A DNA stretch of 64,000 bases from Bacillales bacterium (GTDB taxonomy: Bacteria > Bacillota_I > Bacilli_A > RF39 > UBA660): positions 268 to 64,267 of the forward strand of contig JAEELI010000005.1 of the NCBI GenBank assembly GCA_016288795.1. Reading direction: 5' to 3'. Below, one piece after another: positions 39,655 to 49,678 of the stretch (positions are counted from its first letter, which is position 1; each line of letters begins with the position of its first letter). The notes beneath the pieces are model-generated. The model ran no database searches. It was not told the origin of the DNA and worked only from the letters and a program-made list of their open reading frames with translations. Made by a program: the position numbers and the translations under genes.

Positions 39655-40698
39655 TTAAGAAGGATCTTGACATAGAGTTATAATATTACTAATTCCACAA
39701 TATTCTGGATGATTACCGTCTCCACAACTCACATATCCAGTATCTTCTATACTACAATCCATACTTCCTATCCAACACCTTAAATAATTTGTTGTTGCAA
39801 ACGGATTTGACTGATACATTGAGTATTGGCAAGTAGCACCCAGTGCTTCCATTTCGGATTTGTAAGTTGATACATTACTCCATGTATTTGGCTCCATGCA
39901 ATATTCTGTTCCATTAAATACTCCACACACTTCATCATATACTCCGGGTACTCCATAACCCTTTAGATAATAATTTAATCCTGTAGGACTTGTTAATGGA
40001 TCCGAAATTCTATTGTTTGATGTCTTAGTTGTATCATACACATAATAATACGCTTGAGGTTCTTCAGCTATACTACAGCTGAAATTAGTTGCATTTATTG
40101 TTATGGTTATGTCTTTATTCTTTAGGGCACTTTGATCAATTGACATATAATTTTGCATTCTTATTCCAGCTGTTAGTTTTTTTGACCTGCTACTTGACAC
40201 TCCATACATTGACCCATTAATTGTTATTGGAAATAAGTTTGATACATTGAAGTCATAGTCTATTCTATTTATATTTAGGAGTATTTGGTTAGTTGATTTA
40301 CCACTCCATCCTTGAAATGCTGTATACAAGTTATTTGTTCCAGTGGCTGTTACATTTAATGTATAAGAACAATTAAAATATCCTTCTCCAGTTACATTTG
40401 TATGTGCTATAGGAATTACAGTTCCGTTTGTAGATGGGGTTCCATTTGTTGTTCCCCAATACAATATATTTGTACTTTTTTTCATCATGTCTCCAGCACT
40501 CAAATTAAGAGACAAAGTGCTGTTATCTCCAATTAATTGAACTGACCCAACATTCGGCGCTGATGCACTAATCGTCTTACTTCCAAAACTATTGGTTGAT
40601 GTCACACTAAAATATGCATATGATGCACCTATAACTAACACCAACAAAGTTAAGATTACAACTATCAAAGATATTATTGCTTTCTTTTTATTATCCAC
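39655..40698 (-). CDS. secreted protein with a SipW-cognate (TasA/camelysin-class) signal peptide and a cysteine-rich C-terminal domain (paralog 2)
   Basis: GTG start at 40698, 8 nt after GGAGG. MDNKKKAIISLIVVILTLLVLVIGASYAYFSVTSTNSFGSKTISASA is nearly identical to paralog 1 through NLYTAFQGW.GK and ALKNKDIT. The Cys-rich C-terminus has diverged. Confidence 0.6.
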   Translation of the reverse strand: MDNKKKAIISLIVVILTLLVLVIGASYAYFSVTSTNSFGSKTISASAPNVGSVQLIGDNSTLSLNLSAGDMMKKSTNILYWGTTNGTPSTNGTVIPIAHTNVTGEGYFNCSYTLNVTATGTNNLYTAFQGWSGKSTNQILLNINRIDYDFNVSNLFPITINGSMYGVSSSRSKKLTAGIRMQNYMSIDQSALKNKDITITINATNFSCSIAEEPQAYYYVYDTTKTSNNRISDPLTSPTGLNYYLKGYGVPGVYDEVCGVFNGTEYCMEPNTWSNVSTYKSEMEALGATCQYSMYQSNPFATTNYLRCWIGSMDCSIEDTGYVSCGDGNHPEYCGISNIITLCQDPS

Positions 40699-40747
40699 AA
40701 ATATAACCTCCACGTGTTTTGTGTTTTATGCTTTTAATATAATATAA

Positions 40748-40777
40748 ATTATATCATTCAACACTAAACAGGGTCAA
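40748..40777 (-). promoter_or_regulatory. promoter of TasA-like paralog 2
   Basis: Minus strand reads TTGACC (40777-40772), 18 nt, TGaTATAAT (extended -10; TATAAT at 40753-40748). The same GGGTCAA context occurs in paralog 1. Confidence 0.6.
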
Positions 40778-40800
40778 CACATATTAAGTATTAATTATAT

Positions 40801-40829
40801 AAAAAAAGACAATATGTTTATATTGTCTT
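40801..40829 (-). terminator. rho-independent terminator after the ABC transporter pair
   Basis: AAGACAATAT-gttt-ATATTGTCTT 10-bp stem (40806-40829) overlapping the stop codon, followed on the minus strand by TTTTTTTATATAA. Confidence 0.75.
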
Positions 40830-43254
40830 AATCAACATCAAATCTAGAAAGTATTTGAGCTGGAGTTTTTCTAATAGTTCTATATACCGGTAATAATCCT
40901 ACTACTAGATTAAATATAAATACTATAGTAATACTTAAAATTATTGTATACGGATTAACTATAAATAACTTGGCAACATACGGAACTTGTGTTATTGCAT
41001 TTAGAACATAAGACATAAATAATATTCCAGGAATACTTGCTATTGTGCTTATTGCAATTATCTCTCCAGAGAACATTTTATAAATATCAGTTTTCTTAAC
41101 ACCAATTGCTCTATATATACCTACTTCTTTAATTCTAGATAGGAATGAAGACCTAATCATTAGAAGTATTTCCACTAATGAGATAGCAATAATAATCCCT
41201 GATACGATTAATGAATTTACTACTCTATCATACCTATCATTTAAATATTTAGTTTTATCATAATCATATGATGAAAAAACATTAATTTTGCGATTATGTA
41301 AATAATCCATTACTTCTTGATCACTATCTTTAGTTTTAATTGTTAAATTATTTGCTTTTTTAATTAAACTATATTTAATTGTTTTTGGATTAGTTAAATA
41401 ATCTTTTATAAAGTCTCCTTTAATGTTTTGATAGTAACCAACAACTTTTAACTTCTTATTTATGGCTTCATACTTAATCTTCTTGTTTAATGGCATATCA
41501 TATTGATTATCAATATTTACGATTATTTCATAGTCATTCAAAGGTAATCTACCTTTTTTCAGTTTAACACTTGAATTCAATAGCAAATTATAGTCAACTA
41601 ATCTAGCGAAAGACTCATCTTCAAAAGTATCATCAAATGAGTTAGAAATAATGTTTAGGAAATCATCCCTATTGACATATATATTTGGAGCCTCTAGGGA
41701 AGAAATACCTACGATTGTAAATGGTTTCATATTACTTAATAGTATCTCATGATTCAAGAAATCATCCATAGATGTAAATCCTGCTTGACCACAATCAGTC
41801 CATTTTATTACATGATCAATAACAAACTTATCTAAAACAACTTCTTGAGAATTCTCAGGCATTTTTCCTTTAATAAGATCTTTACTAGTTATTGTTGTTA
41901 TATCAGAAATAGATGCCTCGATAATTCCAGTTCCATAAATAGTTTGTAAATACTTATCATACTTAAAGCCAAACTTTACCAAACTATTTCCGGGAATGAT
42001 AAAATCTATATTATCTAACTCTTCATATGCCAAATAGTCTTCTATAGAGGTTTTTTTGCTATTAACCGTCAAATAATCTCTATTCATTGTAATAAAGTCT
42101 TTATCTTCTATTTTTAATGTGGCTGTTATTGAAGAAACTCCATAAAATATAAACATACCTGATATAAAGAAACCACCTAGTAATATTTTCTTCAAAATTG
42201 GATAATCTAACAACTTTTTAAAACCGTAAGAAATAAATGATCCCAATCTAAAGATTGAACTATATTTGAGTTTGGTATTTGATGAAACTCCTTCGATATC
42301 AAAAGTTTTTTCATCTAAGTTAATATGTTTAATCTCTTTATAATGGTCATCTATTAATTCAATATTAGAGTTATTCTCTATTATTTCAACTTTAGAACCA
42401 TCTTCTGTCTTAATATATATATTTCCATTTTTTAAAACTATTTTGATATTAACATCCTCATGATTATTTCTATAGATATCTAACTTAATATTATCTTCTT
42501 TTATTGTATTAATATCTTTATAGTCCTTCAAATAAATTCTATTTTCAAACTCGTATTTTAGTGCATCAGTATTCTTATTTTCATAATCATTAATAATTAC
42601 TCCATCTTGTAATTCAACTATCCTATCTGCATAGAATCTTGCCAATTCTTCTTCGTGAGTTACAAGTAGGACTAAGTATTTCGAAGAAATACTCTTAAGT
42701 ATATTCATAACTTCAATACTATTTGCACTATCTAAGTTTCCTGTAGGTTCATCACATATTAATAATTTAGGGTTTTTAACTAATGCTCTAGCAATACCTA
42801 CTCTTTGTCTTTCACCACCAGAAAGCATTCCAACTGGACGATTTTTGTATCGCTCCATTTTAACTTTCTCTAAGGTATACATTACTCTTTTTTTAATTTC
42901 TTCTTTATCTTTTATTCCCAATATTTTTAAAGATAAAGCGACATTATCAAAAACAGACATTCCTTCCACTAATTTATAGTCTTGAAAAATATAGCCAATA
43001 TTTAAGTTACGTATTTCATCAACCTTTCTTGATCTTCTCTTTGCTATTTTCTTTCCATTAATGAATATAGAACCACTATTTAGTTTATCTAACCCCCCTA
43101 TTGCATTTAACATGGTTGTTTTACCACATCCAGAAGGCCCTAAAATAGCTACCAGTCCTGAATCGGGAAAAGTTATACTAGCGTTATTGATAACATGAAT
43201 TTCATTCCTTTTATGTCTATTAAAATATTTATTTGCACTCTTTAACTCTATCAT
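40828..43254 (-). CDS. fused ABC transporter ATP-binding/permease protein (MacB/FtsX-type, 808 aa)
   Basis: N-terminal NBD with Walker A (GPSGCGKTT), LSGGERQRV and Walker B (LLICDEPT). One TM, a large extracytoplasmic domain, then a C-terminal three-TM FtsX-like bundle. Confidence 0.8.
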   Translation of the reverse strand: MIELKSANKYFNRHKRNEIHVINNASITFPDSGLVAILGPSGCGKTTMLNAIGGLDKLNSGSIFINGKKIAKRRSRKVDEIRNLNIGYIFQDYKLVEGMSVFDNVALSLKILGIKDKEEIKKRVMYTLEKVKMERYKNRPVGMLSGGERQRVGIARALVKNPKLLICDEPTGNLDSANSIEVMNILKSISSKYLVLLVTHEEELARFYADRIVELQDGVIINDYENKNTDALKYEFENRIYLKDYKDINTIKEDNIKLDIYRNNHEDVNIKIVLKNGNIYIKTEDGSKVEIIENNSNIELIDDHYKEIKHINLDEKTFDIEGVSSNTKLKYSSIFRLGSFISYGFKKLLDYPILKKILLGGFFISGMFIFYGVSSITATLKIEDKDFITMNRDYLTVNSKKTSIEDYLAYEELDNIDFIIPGNSLVKFGFKYDKYLQTIYGTGIIEASISDITTITSKDLIKGKMPENSQEVVLDKFVIDHVIKWTDCGQAGFTSMDDFLNHEILLSNMKPFTIVGISSLEAPNIYVNRDDFLNIISNSFDDTFEDESFARLVDYNLLLNSSVKLKKGRLPLNDYEIIVNIDNQYDMPLNKKIKYEAINKKLKVVGYYQNIKGDFIKDYLTNPKTIKYSLIKKANNLTIKTKDSDQEVMDYLHNRKINVFSSYDYDKTKYLNDRYDRVVNSLIVSGIIIAISLVEILLMIRSSFLSRIKEVGIYRAIGVKKTDIYKMFSGEIIAISTIASIPGILFMSYVLNAITQVPYVAKLFIVNPYTIILSITIVFIFNLVVGLLPVYRTIRKTPAQILSRFDVD

Positions 43255-43256
43255 AA

Positions 43257-45443
43257 CTATATCCTTTCTCCATATGTTTTAATAATTGATTCTTTAAATA
43301 TTTTTCTTCCATATCTATAAGCTATCAAAACAGACATAGCAAGTAAAATTATGAAAACAACTAAATAACCCCAGCCATTAACATATTTAATCACAGTTGT
43401 GAACAATTTTGTTTTAATTACCTCTTTACTAATTAAATAAATGAATAACATGAAAATGACATATGAGAATGTTGCAAGACATAATAATTCTCTCATCAAA
43501 ATATTTACACATACCTTTTTAGTGCTTCCTAAACTTCTTAGGGTTGTATAGTAACTATTACGAGATTTATAAATGACTTTAATTATAAAGTAAGATATAA
43601 AGAATAATGCTACTATTAAAATAACACTAACAACCAATCTAAATATTTTAAACATTTGAGTAACCTCTTCTGCACCATTACGATTGGCATCTTTTAATTT
43701 TAATGTTTCATAACCCAAATCATGTAACTCTTTACATACACTATCTAAATCTTTTATTTCTTTGACAAATACACTACCTTGGTAATCTCCATGATTAAAT
43801 AAATAATTATAATCTTCTTTATTAATAAATATTTGATAATATAAATCATCATAGTTTAGTCCTAATAGTTTTTTTGTGTTGTTTTTATTATATATTTTTG
43901 TTATTTTATACTCTATTTTTTCTTCATAGTAATTATTCTTAACATTTACCTTTAATTGCTTTTTTAAACAATTATAGTTTGGACAATAGTTATTTAAATA
44001 ATCAGGAATATATATTTCACCTTTAGGAACTTTATCACTGAATTTTAAGTATAGCATTTGTCCTTTTTCATTAAAATAATTATTATTTAAAATAAATTCT
44101 TGTTTAGTTGCATCATTATATGACATTAATGATAAATCAGACATTAGATTAGGACTTAGTATAAAACTAAAATTATAATCATAGTAAACAGATTCTTTAA
44201 AGACAATTCCAACTATTGTTACTTTTTTATTAATTATATCTAATGTGAATTCTCTATTAATTAAGTCATCTTGTCTCTCTTTTAAAACCCAATTGTTTTT
44301 ATCACCTTTAATTACCACTTCATCATCATTTTCAGGTAATCTACCAATTGAAACTTTTTCTTTTTTAAATTGAATTAGACCATCAAATTGTAAATCATCT
44401 CTACTAAAAGAAATCCACATTTCATTAAGTAAATCCTTATTGGTAGCAAAGTCTACTCCCTCAATTTTATTGATACTATCAATATCTGCATCCGTTACTA
44501 TACTTTTATCTGATTTATTAATCACAATTCTCTTTTCACTATAATTATAAAAATAATTATTATAACTAGTCATCGATTCTTCATTTTCAAGTTCTTTTAA
44601 AGCAGCATAAGTAGATAATAACGCTATAGTAATTAGCAAGAATATTACAAACATTAAAATAAACTTAACTGGTAAATTAAAAGCATTTCTAATTCCTAAT
44701 CTTATTTTGCTCCTAATTGTAATATCTTTTACTTCATTAGGTTTAGCCTCATCATCTAAATTCACATGATTAAGAACTTTATTTTCTAATATCTTTCCAT
44801 CATGCATTCTAATTAATCTAGTTGCATATTCTTCAATTTCTTTTTTATTATGGGTAACAACTATAACTAATTTATCTTTAGATATTTCAGCTAATAATTT
44901 TAATATCTCTTTTGATGCTTTACTATCCAATGCTCCAGTTGGTTCATCGGCAACAATAATTGGAGTTCCATTGGCTAAAGCTCTAGCAATAGCAACTCTT
45001 TGCTTTTGCCCTCCAGATAATTTAGACACTTTAGTTTTTCTATATTTCTCTAATCCAACTTTAGCAATTAATTCATTAATATACTTTTTTACTTCTTTTC
45101 TGTTATGACCATTCATCAACATTGCTAATTCAATATTTTCATAAACAGTATAACTATTAACTAAATTAAAATTTTGAAAAATATTACTTACATATTTTCT
45201 ACGATATTCTAAGTAATCTTCTTCTGTATAATGGCTAGTTTCCTCACCATTAATAAACATCTCTCCATCTTCATAAGTATCCAATCCAGATAAAACATTT
45301 AAAAGAGTTGATTTACCACTTCCTGATTCACCAGTGATAACAACAAACTCTCCCATGTGTAATTCTAGATTTACTTTCGAAAATCCTTCAGCAATTACTC
45401 CATCTTGATAGTAATATTTCGATACATTTTTTAACTTTAACAT
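43257..45443 (-). CDS. fused ABC transporter ATP-binding/permease protein (MacB/FtsX-type, 728 aa)
   Basis: NBD with GESGSGKST, LSGGQKQRV and IIVADEPT, and the same TM1-ectodomain-3TM topology as its downstream paralog. The 2-nt gap to the next gene implies co-transcription. Confidence 0.8.
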   Translation of the reverse strand: MLKLKNVSKYYYQDGVIAEGFSKVNLELHMGEFVVITGESGSGKSTLLNVLSGLDTYEDGEMFINGEETSHYTEEDYLEYRRKYVSNIFQNFNLVNSYTVYENIELAMLMNGHNRKEVKKYINELIAKVGLEKYRKTKVSKLSGGQKQRVAIARALANGTPIIVADEPTGALDSKASKEILKLLAEISKDKLVIVVTHNKKEIEEYATRLIRMHDGKILENKVLNHVNLDDEAKPNEVKDITIRSKIRLGIRNAFNLPVKFILMFVIFLLITIALLSTYAALKELENEESMTSYNNYFYNYSEKRIVINKSDKSIVTDADIDSINKIEGVDFATNKDLLNEMWISFSRDDLQFDGLIQFKKEKVSIGRLPENDDEVVIKGDKNNWVLKERQDDLINREFTLDIINKKVTIVGIVFKESVYYDYNFSFILSPNLMSDLSLMSYNDATKQEFILNNNYFNEKGQMLYLKFSDKVPKGEIYIPDYLNNYCPNYNCLKKQLKVNVKNNYYEEKIEYKITKIYNKNNTKKLLGLNYDDLYYQIFINKEDYNYLFNHGDYQGSVFVKEIKDLDSVCKELHDLGYETLKLKDANRNGAEEVTQMFKIFRLVVSVILIVALFFISYFIIKVIYKSRNSYYTTLRSLGSTKKVCVNILMRELLCLATFSYVIFMLFIYLISKEVIKTKLFTTVIKYVNGWGYLVVFIILLAMSVLIAYRYGRKIFKESIIKTYGERI

Positions 45444-45623
45444 AAGTCACCTCGCATTTTCATTATACCTCAAATCTCCTTCTATAGCATCATAATATGG
45501 TTTTTTTCCCTCTCTTCACTATTAATGTTTGTAAGTTAAATGTCAATTTCCTTTAAAAAAAGAAAAATTTTTTAAAATTTTTCTTAAGTTTCATATTACT
45601 AAATTAATAATATATTATAATAG

Positions 45624-45806
45624 GTGATTGTTATGCCTTTTAAAAGTAGTCCTACTATATTTGTTTTCTTAGCACTAGGTTTAAGTGTCTTAATATTTTA
45701 TCAGTTACTAATAACTTTTATTCTACCTTTTAGATATAATATTTTTATACTAACTATTGAAATCGTTTGCTTCATTATTTGTATTAGTAAAGTAATATGG
45801 AGATAA
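45624..45806 (+). CDS. possible small two-TM membrane peptide (60 aa)
   Basis: AGGTGA RBS 5 nt upstream of the ATG, in the 180-nt intergenic region after the ABC genes. Hydrophobic (FVFLALGLSVLIFYQLLITFILPF...CFIICI). It overlaps the 3' end of the convergent kinase gene, so it may be spurious. Confidence 0.25.
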   Translation: MIVMPFKSSPTIFVFLALGLSVLIFYQLLITFILPFRYNIFILTIEIVCFIICISKVIWR

Positions 45807-46634
45807 GAATTGTTCAGTTTTATATATGTAATCTAATTGCAAACGCATTTCTCTAGTGCATTCAAAATCATTATCTATAAACTTTATTTCCGGAACTAAA
45901 GATATAAGAATGAATAATAATTCTTCTTCCTCTTTAGATAGATTATTAATGCTTTTATATTTATTATATAAAGAAGAAAATTCTAATTCCCAATAACTAG
46001 ATTTATATAGTTTATATAAATCTAAGACCGGAGTATCAAACTTAGCCTTATCCCAGCTTATTAAACACTCTTTAGAGCCTTTTAAGTAATGATCTAAAGA
46101 CAAATTATTATGAACAAGACATATTCTTTCACTTTTTTTATCTTTAACTAAATCATACCAATTATCTAGTTTTCCGGATGCAAAATCTAAAGCAGAATTA
46201 ATTTTTGAATAATTCCTTGAGAATGCATATTCCTTTGGAGACATATACTCCCTAGTTAAGAATAGTTCATAATATTTTAAATAATAATCTTTTAAATATA
46301 ATATATTGTTTTTAATATCTTCGTATATTTCTCTATGCGTTTCCTCACTAACTTCTTTATTATATGAAGTTTTAGCATGTAAAAGTCCAACTACATTAAT
46401 TAAATCTTCTCCTTTATGAGGATTATAAATGGAACTATCTTCTATATATTCAAACATAATATTATTTCTATTATTAGAAATAATATTAGGATAATAATCA
46501 AAAGATCTAGATTTTAAATAATAAAATATATCATTTATTTTAGAATTATTAGTTGGTTTAACGACATAAGAACCATCTTCAGTTTCGATTAAAGAACATT
46601 TACCTTTAATAGTCCATTTATATTTTTTATTCAT
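45750..46634 (-). CDS. CotS/YsxE-like protein kinase-fold protein (aminoglycoside phosphotransferase superfamily)
   Basis: LVHNNLSLDHYL resembles the HGDxxxxN catalytic loop, and ISWDKAKFDTPVLDL the DFE/D activation motif. It lies immediately downstream of a SpoVID-like gene, as ysxE does after spoVID in B. subtilis. Confidence 0.5.
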   Translation of the reverse strand: MNKKYKWTIKGKCSLIETEDGSYVVKPTNNSKINDIFYYLKSRSFDYYPNIISNNRNNIMFEYIEDSSIYNPHKGEDLINVVGLLHAKTSYNKEVSEETHREIYEDIKNNILYLKDYYLKYYELFLTREYMSPKEYAFSRNYSKINSALDFASGKLDNWYDLVKDKKSERICLVHNNLSLDHYLKGSKECLISWDKAKFDTPVLDLYKLYKSSYWELEFSSLYNKYKSINNLSKEEEELLFILISLVPEIKFIDNDFECTREMRLQLDYIYKTEQFLSPYYFTNTNNEANDFNS

Positions 46635-47286
46635 CTATCTTAGGAATTAATAATTTATCACCTATTTCAATACTACCAACATTGTTATATTCTTTAATAA
46701 TATTAATTGGAACATTCAAAGTATTAGATATACTTTCTATAGTCTCATTATCTTTTACTATATGAATTTTATATGTTACAAATGTATCATCAGTAGACTT
46801 AATTGTCTCTATTATTTCTTTTTCTTTTTCATCATTTTTAATTTCTTCTTGATATTCTGAACGATTTTCAATTTCATCCTCCCCTTCTTTATTATCTAAA
46901 AAATCATCTATATATGATAATTCACTTTCAATAGCGCTGTCTTCAACTCTTTCGTAAGAAACTTCTTTTTTATCACCTTTTAAACTATACATAATCTTAA
47001 TTGTTAATGTTTTATCATCTTTTATTTCATAGGAAAAATCTTCAATATTGAACTCTATTGTTTCTTTTTTGATATCTTCCCCAAGGTGAACCTCGAATGG
47101 TTCAGTTATATCGAAAGTTTCGATATTAACACTTATAGAATTAGGTCTATATTCACCACTTATATAAAAATTCCCAAGTAAAACATTATCATTAATATTA
47201 TAATCGTGTTCCAAACTTATCTTAGTAATTTCTTGAATTTTAGTTTTAAAAATAATATCTTTTTCAAAAGGTAATTGAATATTCAT
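46627..47286 (-). CDS. SpoVID-like protein: N-terminal SPOCS/DUF3794-like domain plus C-terminal LysM
   Basis: The C-terminus TYKIHIVKDNETIESISNTLNVPINIIKEYNNVGSIEIGDKLLIP is a LysM domain. The N-terminus MNIQLPFEKDIIFKTKIQEITKISLE...GNFYISGEY has the pattern of the SpoVID N-terminal domain. AGGAGA RBS. 219 aa. Confidence 0.5.
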   Translation of the reverse strand: MNIQLPFEKDIIFKTKIQEITKISLEHDYNINDNVLLGNFYISGEYRPNSISVNIETFDITEPFEVHLGEDIKKETIEFNIEDFSYEIKDDKTLTIKIMYSLKGDKKEVSYERVEDSAIESELSYIDDFLDNKEGEDEIENRSEYQEEIKNDEKEKEIIETIKSTDDTFVTYKIHIVKDNETIESISNTLNVPINIIKEYNNVGSIEIGDKLLIPKIDE

Positions 47287-47313
47287 CTTATCATCTCCTA
47301 AAAAATAATATGA

Positions 47314-47351
47314 AACAAAAAAAATAATATAACTTTATTTGTTATATTATT
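47314..47351 (-). terminator. AT-rich terminator-like hairpin after lon
   Basis: AATAATATAAC-tttattt-GTTATATTATT 11-bp stem (47323-47351), followed on the minus strand by TTTTTTTTGTT. The stem is almost entirely A-T. Confidence 0.4.
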
Positions 47352-47357
47352 TTTTGT

Positions 47358-49652
47358 CTATTTTGTGTTTTTAATTTCTTTAGCGAATATATCTTTAAAT
47401 ATAGATTCATAGTTACTAACTAATTTAATATTTAATTTTTCCTTTATTTGACTGGGAACATCTTTTAAATCTTTTTTATTATCTTCAGGTATATATACTG
47501 TTTCGATATTATTATTGTAGGCAGCAATTAATTTTTCTTTTAATCCGCCAATTCTTAAAATATCTCCTTTAAGTCCTATTTCACCTGTAAAAGATATTTT
47601 ATCACTAACTTTAATATCTAATAATTTAGATAATATTGCGGTAGTAATGGCTATACCGCAAGATGGTCCATCTTTTTTAGTAGCACCATCTAATAAATGA
47701 ATATGGATAGTTCTATTAAAGAATGTTGTTCCACTTACATAATCATTTTCTTTAATATAAGATGTTGCAACGTAGATACTCTCTTTTAATGTGTCTCCGA
47801 GTGACCCAGTAACTATAACTTTTTCTTCTCCATTATATATAGCACACTCTATTTTTATAGGAACTCCTCCCATTGGGGTCCAAGCTAAAGCATTAACTAT
47901 ACCAGCAACATTTGCACATTTTATTTCATCTTTATTGAATGGCTCTTTTAAAAATTTTAATAAATCATCAGAATTAACAGTCATACTCTTATTAGCAGAA
48001 ATAACTTTAATAACTAATGTTCTTAATATTCTAGTTAAATTACGAACTCCAGATTCTCTTGTCCAATTATCTATTAAATATAATAATGTTTCATCTTTAA
48101 TTGTTATTTTTTTCTTAATATTTAGCTCATTATATATTTTAGGTAATATATGTTTTTTGGCTATATCTATCTTTTCAAATGCCGTATAACTAGATAATTC
48201 TATAATATCTAAACGATCATATAATGTCCAAGGAATATCGTCTTTATTATTAGCAGTTAATATAAATAGAACTTTACTCAAATCAAAAGGTTCTTCAATA
48301 TAATTATCAATAAATGTTTTATTTTGAGTTGTATCTAAAATATCTAACAAGGCACTGGCGGGATCGCCTTTATAGTCTTTTACCATTTTATCAATTTCAT
48401 CTATTAATATAACCGGATTATTTGTTCCACATTTTTTTATCCCTTGAATTATTTTTCCAGGCAATGCCCCCAGGTAAGTTCTTCTATTACCTACTAGTTC
48501 AATTGCATCGTTTAATCCTCCAACACTAACTTTATAAAATTCTCTGTTTAAAGCCTTAGCTATGCTATTGGCTATGGTAGTTTTACCAACACCAGGAGGG
48601 CCAACTAAGCATATAATTGGACTAGTAATATTCTCATTAATTAATTTTCCATTAATATAATCTTCTATTTTTTCCTTTACTTCAGTCATTCCATAATGAC
48701 TTTTATTTAAGGCATTTAAAACAGTTTTAGTATTTAGGTTTTCTTTGCTGGAAGTGTCCCATGGCAAAGATAAAGTCCAATCTATGTAATTTCTAATAAC
48801 TGAATACTCAGGAGAACTTACAGGTGTAACCTTTAATTTTTCTAATTCATTATGTATCTTTGCTTTGACCTTATCATTTAAATCTAATTTACTTAACTTA
48901 TCAAAGTATTCATCATATTCATTTTCTTCCTTACTCTTATTACCAAGGAGTTTTTCTATTTCTTTAATCTTTTCACGATAATAATATTCTTCTTGTTCTT
49001 TGGATAAATGAATTTGAACATTATTATCAATTCTTTCTTCTAATTGCAAATATTTTATTTCTGTTTTTATATCTTTAATTAGGGCAATTGCTCTTTTTTC
49101 GCTATTAAGTTCTTGCATATACTCTAATTTTTTATAGGTATTTAAAGGTAAAAATGTAGTAATTGCATCCGTTAACAAATTCAAGTCATCATTATCATTG
49201 ATAACTTTCAAAATGCTATTAGAAATGCTAGCATCAGAGTTAATATATTCAATTACAGCTTCCTTTAATTTGTCTTTCAAAACCATTTCGCCAGTTTCTT
49301 CAAACTTAGGTAGAACAATATCGTGCATATGAGCATCAATGATTTCTTTTGAAAAAGCTTCATAACTAATTATTTTACTTCTCTTTTCCCCTTTTAATGT
49401 TACTCTTAGATTACCATTAGAAAGTTCTAGTTTGTTTTTAATATATGCCACTACTCCAATTTTAGGCAAATCATTAATAGATGGGTCTTCACTTTCAGTT
49501 TTAGGAGATACAACTAAAACCCTACTATTATACTTTTTATCACTAAGTTTAATAATCTTTTTACTTATATCATCTTTTAATTCAAGTTTAATTTCTTGAA
49601 GTGGTAATATGACTAAATCCTTAAGAAGCATAACAAGTAGTGAATAGTCCAT
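47358..49652 (-). CDS. lon: ATP-dependent Lon protease
   Basis: LON N-domain, Walker A (GPPGVGKTT), and the S16 catalytic Ser in DGPSCGIAITTAILS. 764 aa. Confidence 0.92.
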   Translation of the reverse strand: MDYSLLVMLLKDLVILPLQEIKLELKDDISKKIIKLSDKKYNSRVLVVSPKTESEDPSINDLPKIGVVAYIKNKLELSNGNLRVTLKGEKRSKIISYEAFSKEIIDAHMHDIVLPKFEETGEMVLKDKLKEAVIEYINSDASISNSILKVINDNDDLNLLTDAITTFLPLNTYKKLEYMQELNSEKRAIALIKDIKTEIKYLQLEERIDNNVQIHLSKEQEEYYYREKIKEIEKLLGNKSKEENEYDEYFDKLSKLDLNDKVKAKIHNELEKLKVTPVSSPEYSVIRNYIDWTLSLPWDTSSKENLNTKTVLNALNKSHYGMTEVKEKIEDYINGKLINENITSPIICLVGPPGVGKTTIANSIAKALNREFYKVSVGGLNDAIELVGNRRTYLGALPGKIIQGIKKCGTNNPVILIDEIDKMVKDYKGDPASALLDILDTTQNKTFIDNYIEEPFDLSKVLFILTANNKDDIPWTLYDRLDIIELSSYTAFEKIDIAKKHILPKIYNELNIKKKITIKDETLLYLIDNWTRESGVRNLTRILRTLVIKVISANKSMTVNSDDLLKFLKEPFNKDEIKCANVAGIVNALAWTPMGGVPIKIECAIYNGEEKVIVTGSLGDTLKESIYVATSYIKENDYVSGTTFFNRTIHIHLLDGATKKDGPSCGIAITTAILSKLLDIKVSDKISFTGEIGLKGDILRIGGLKEKLIAAYNNNIETVYIPEDNKKDLKDVPSQIKEKLNIKLVSNYESIFKDIFAKEIKNTK

Positions 49653-49678
49653 AATACACCTCCAAAATATTAAGAATT

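Noticed and set aside
47287-47322. Sigma-E-like promoter (TCATATT) for the spoVID-like gene.
   Set aside because: Only the -35-like heptamer is present. A matching CATACA-T -10 box at 13-15 nt spacing would overlap the RBS and start codon. It is kept as a remark inside the finding at 45750-47286, not as a feature.
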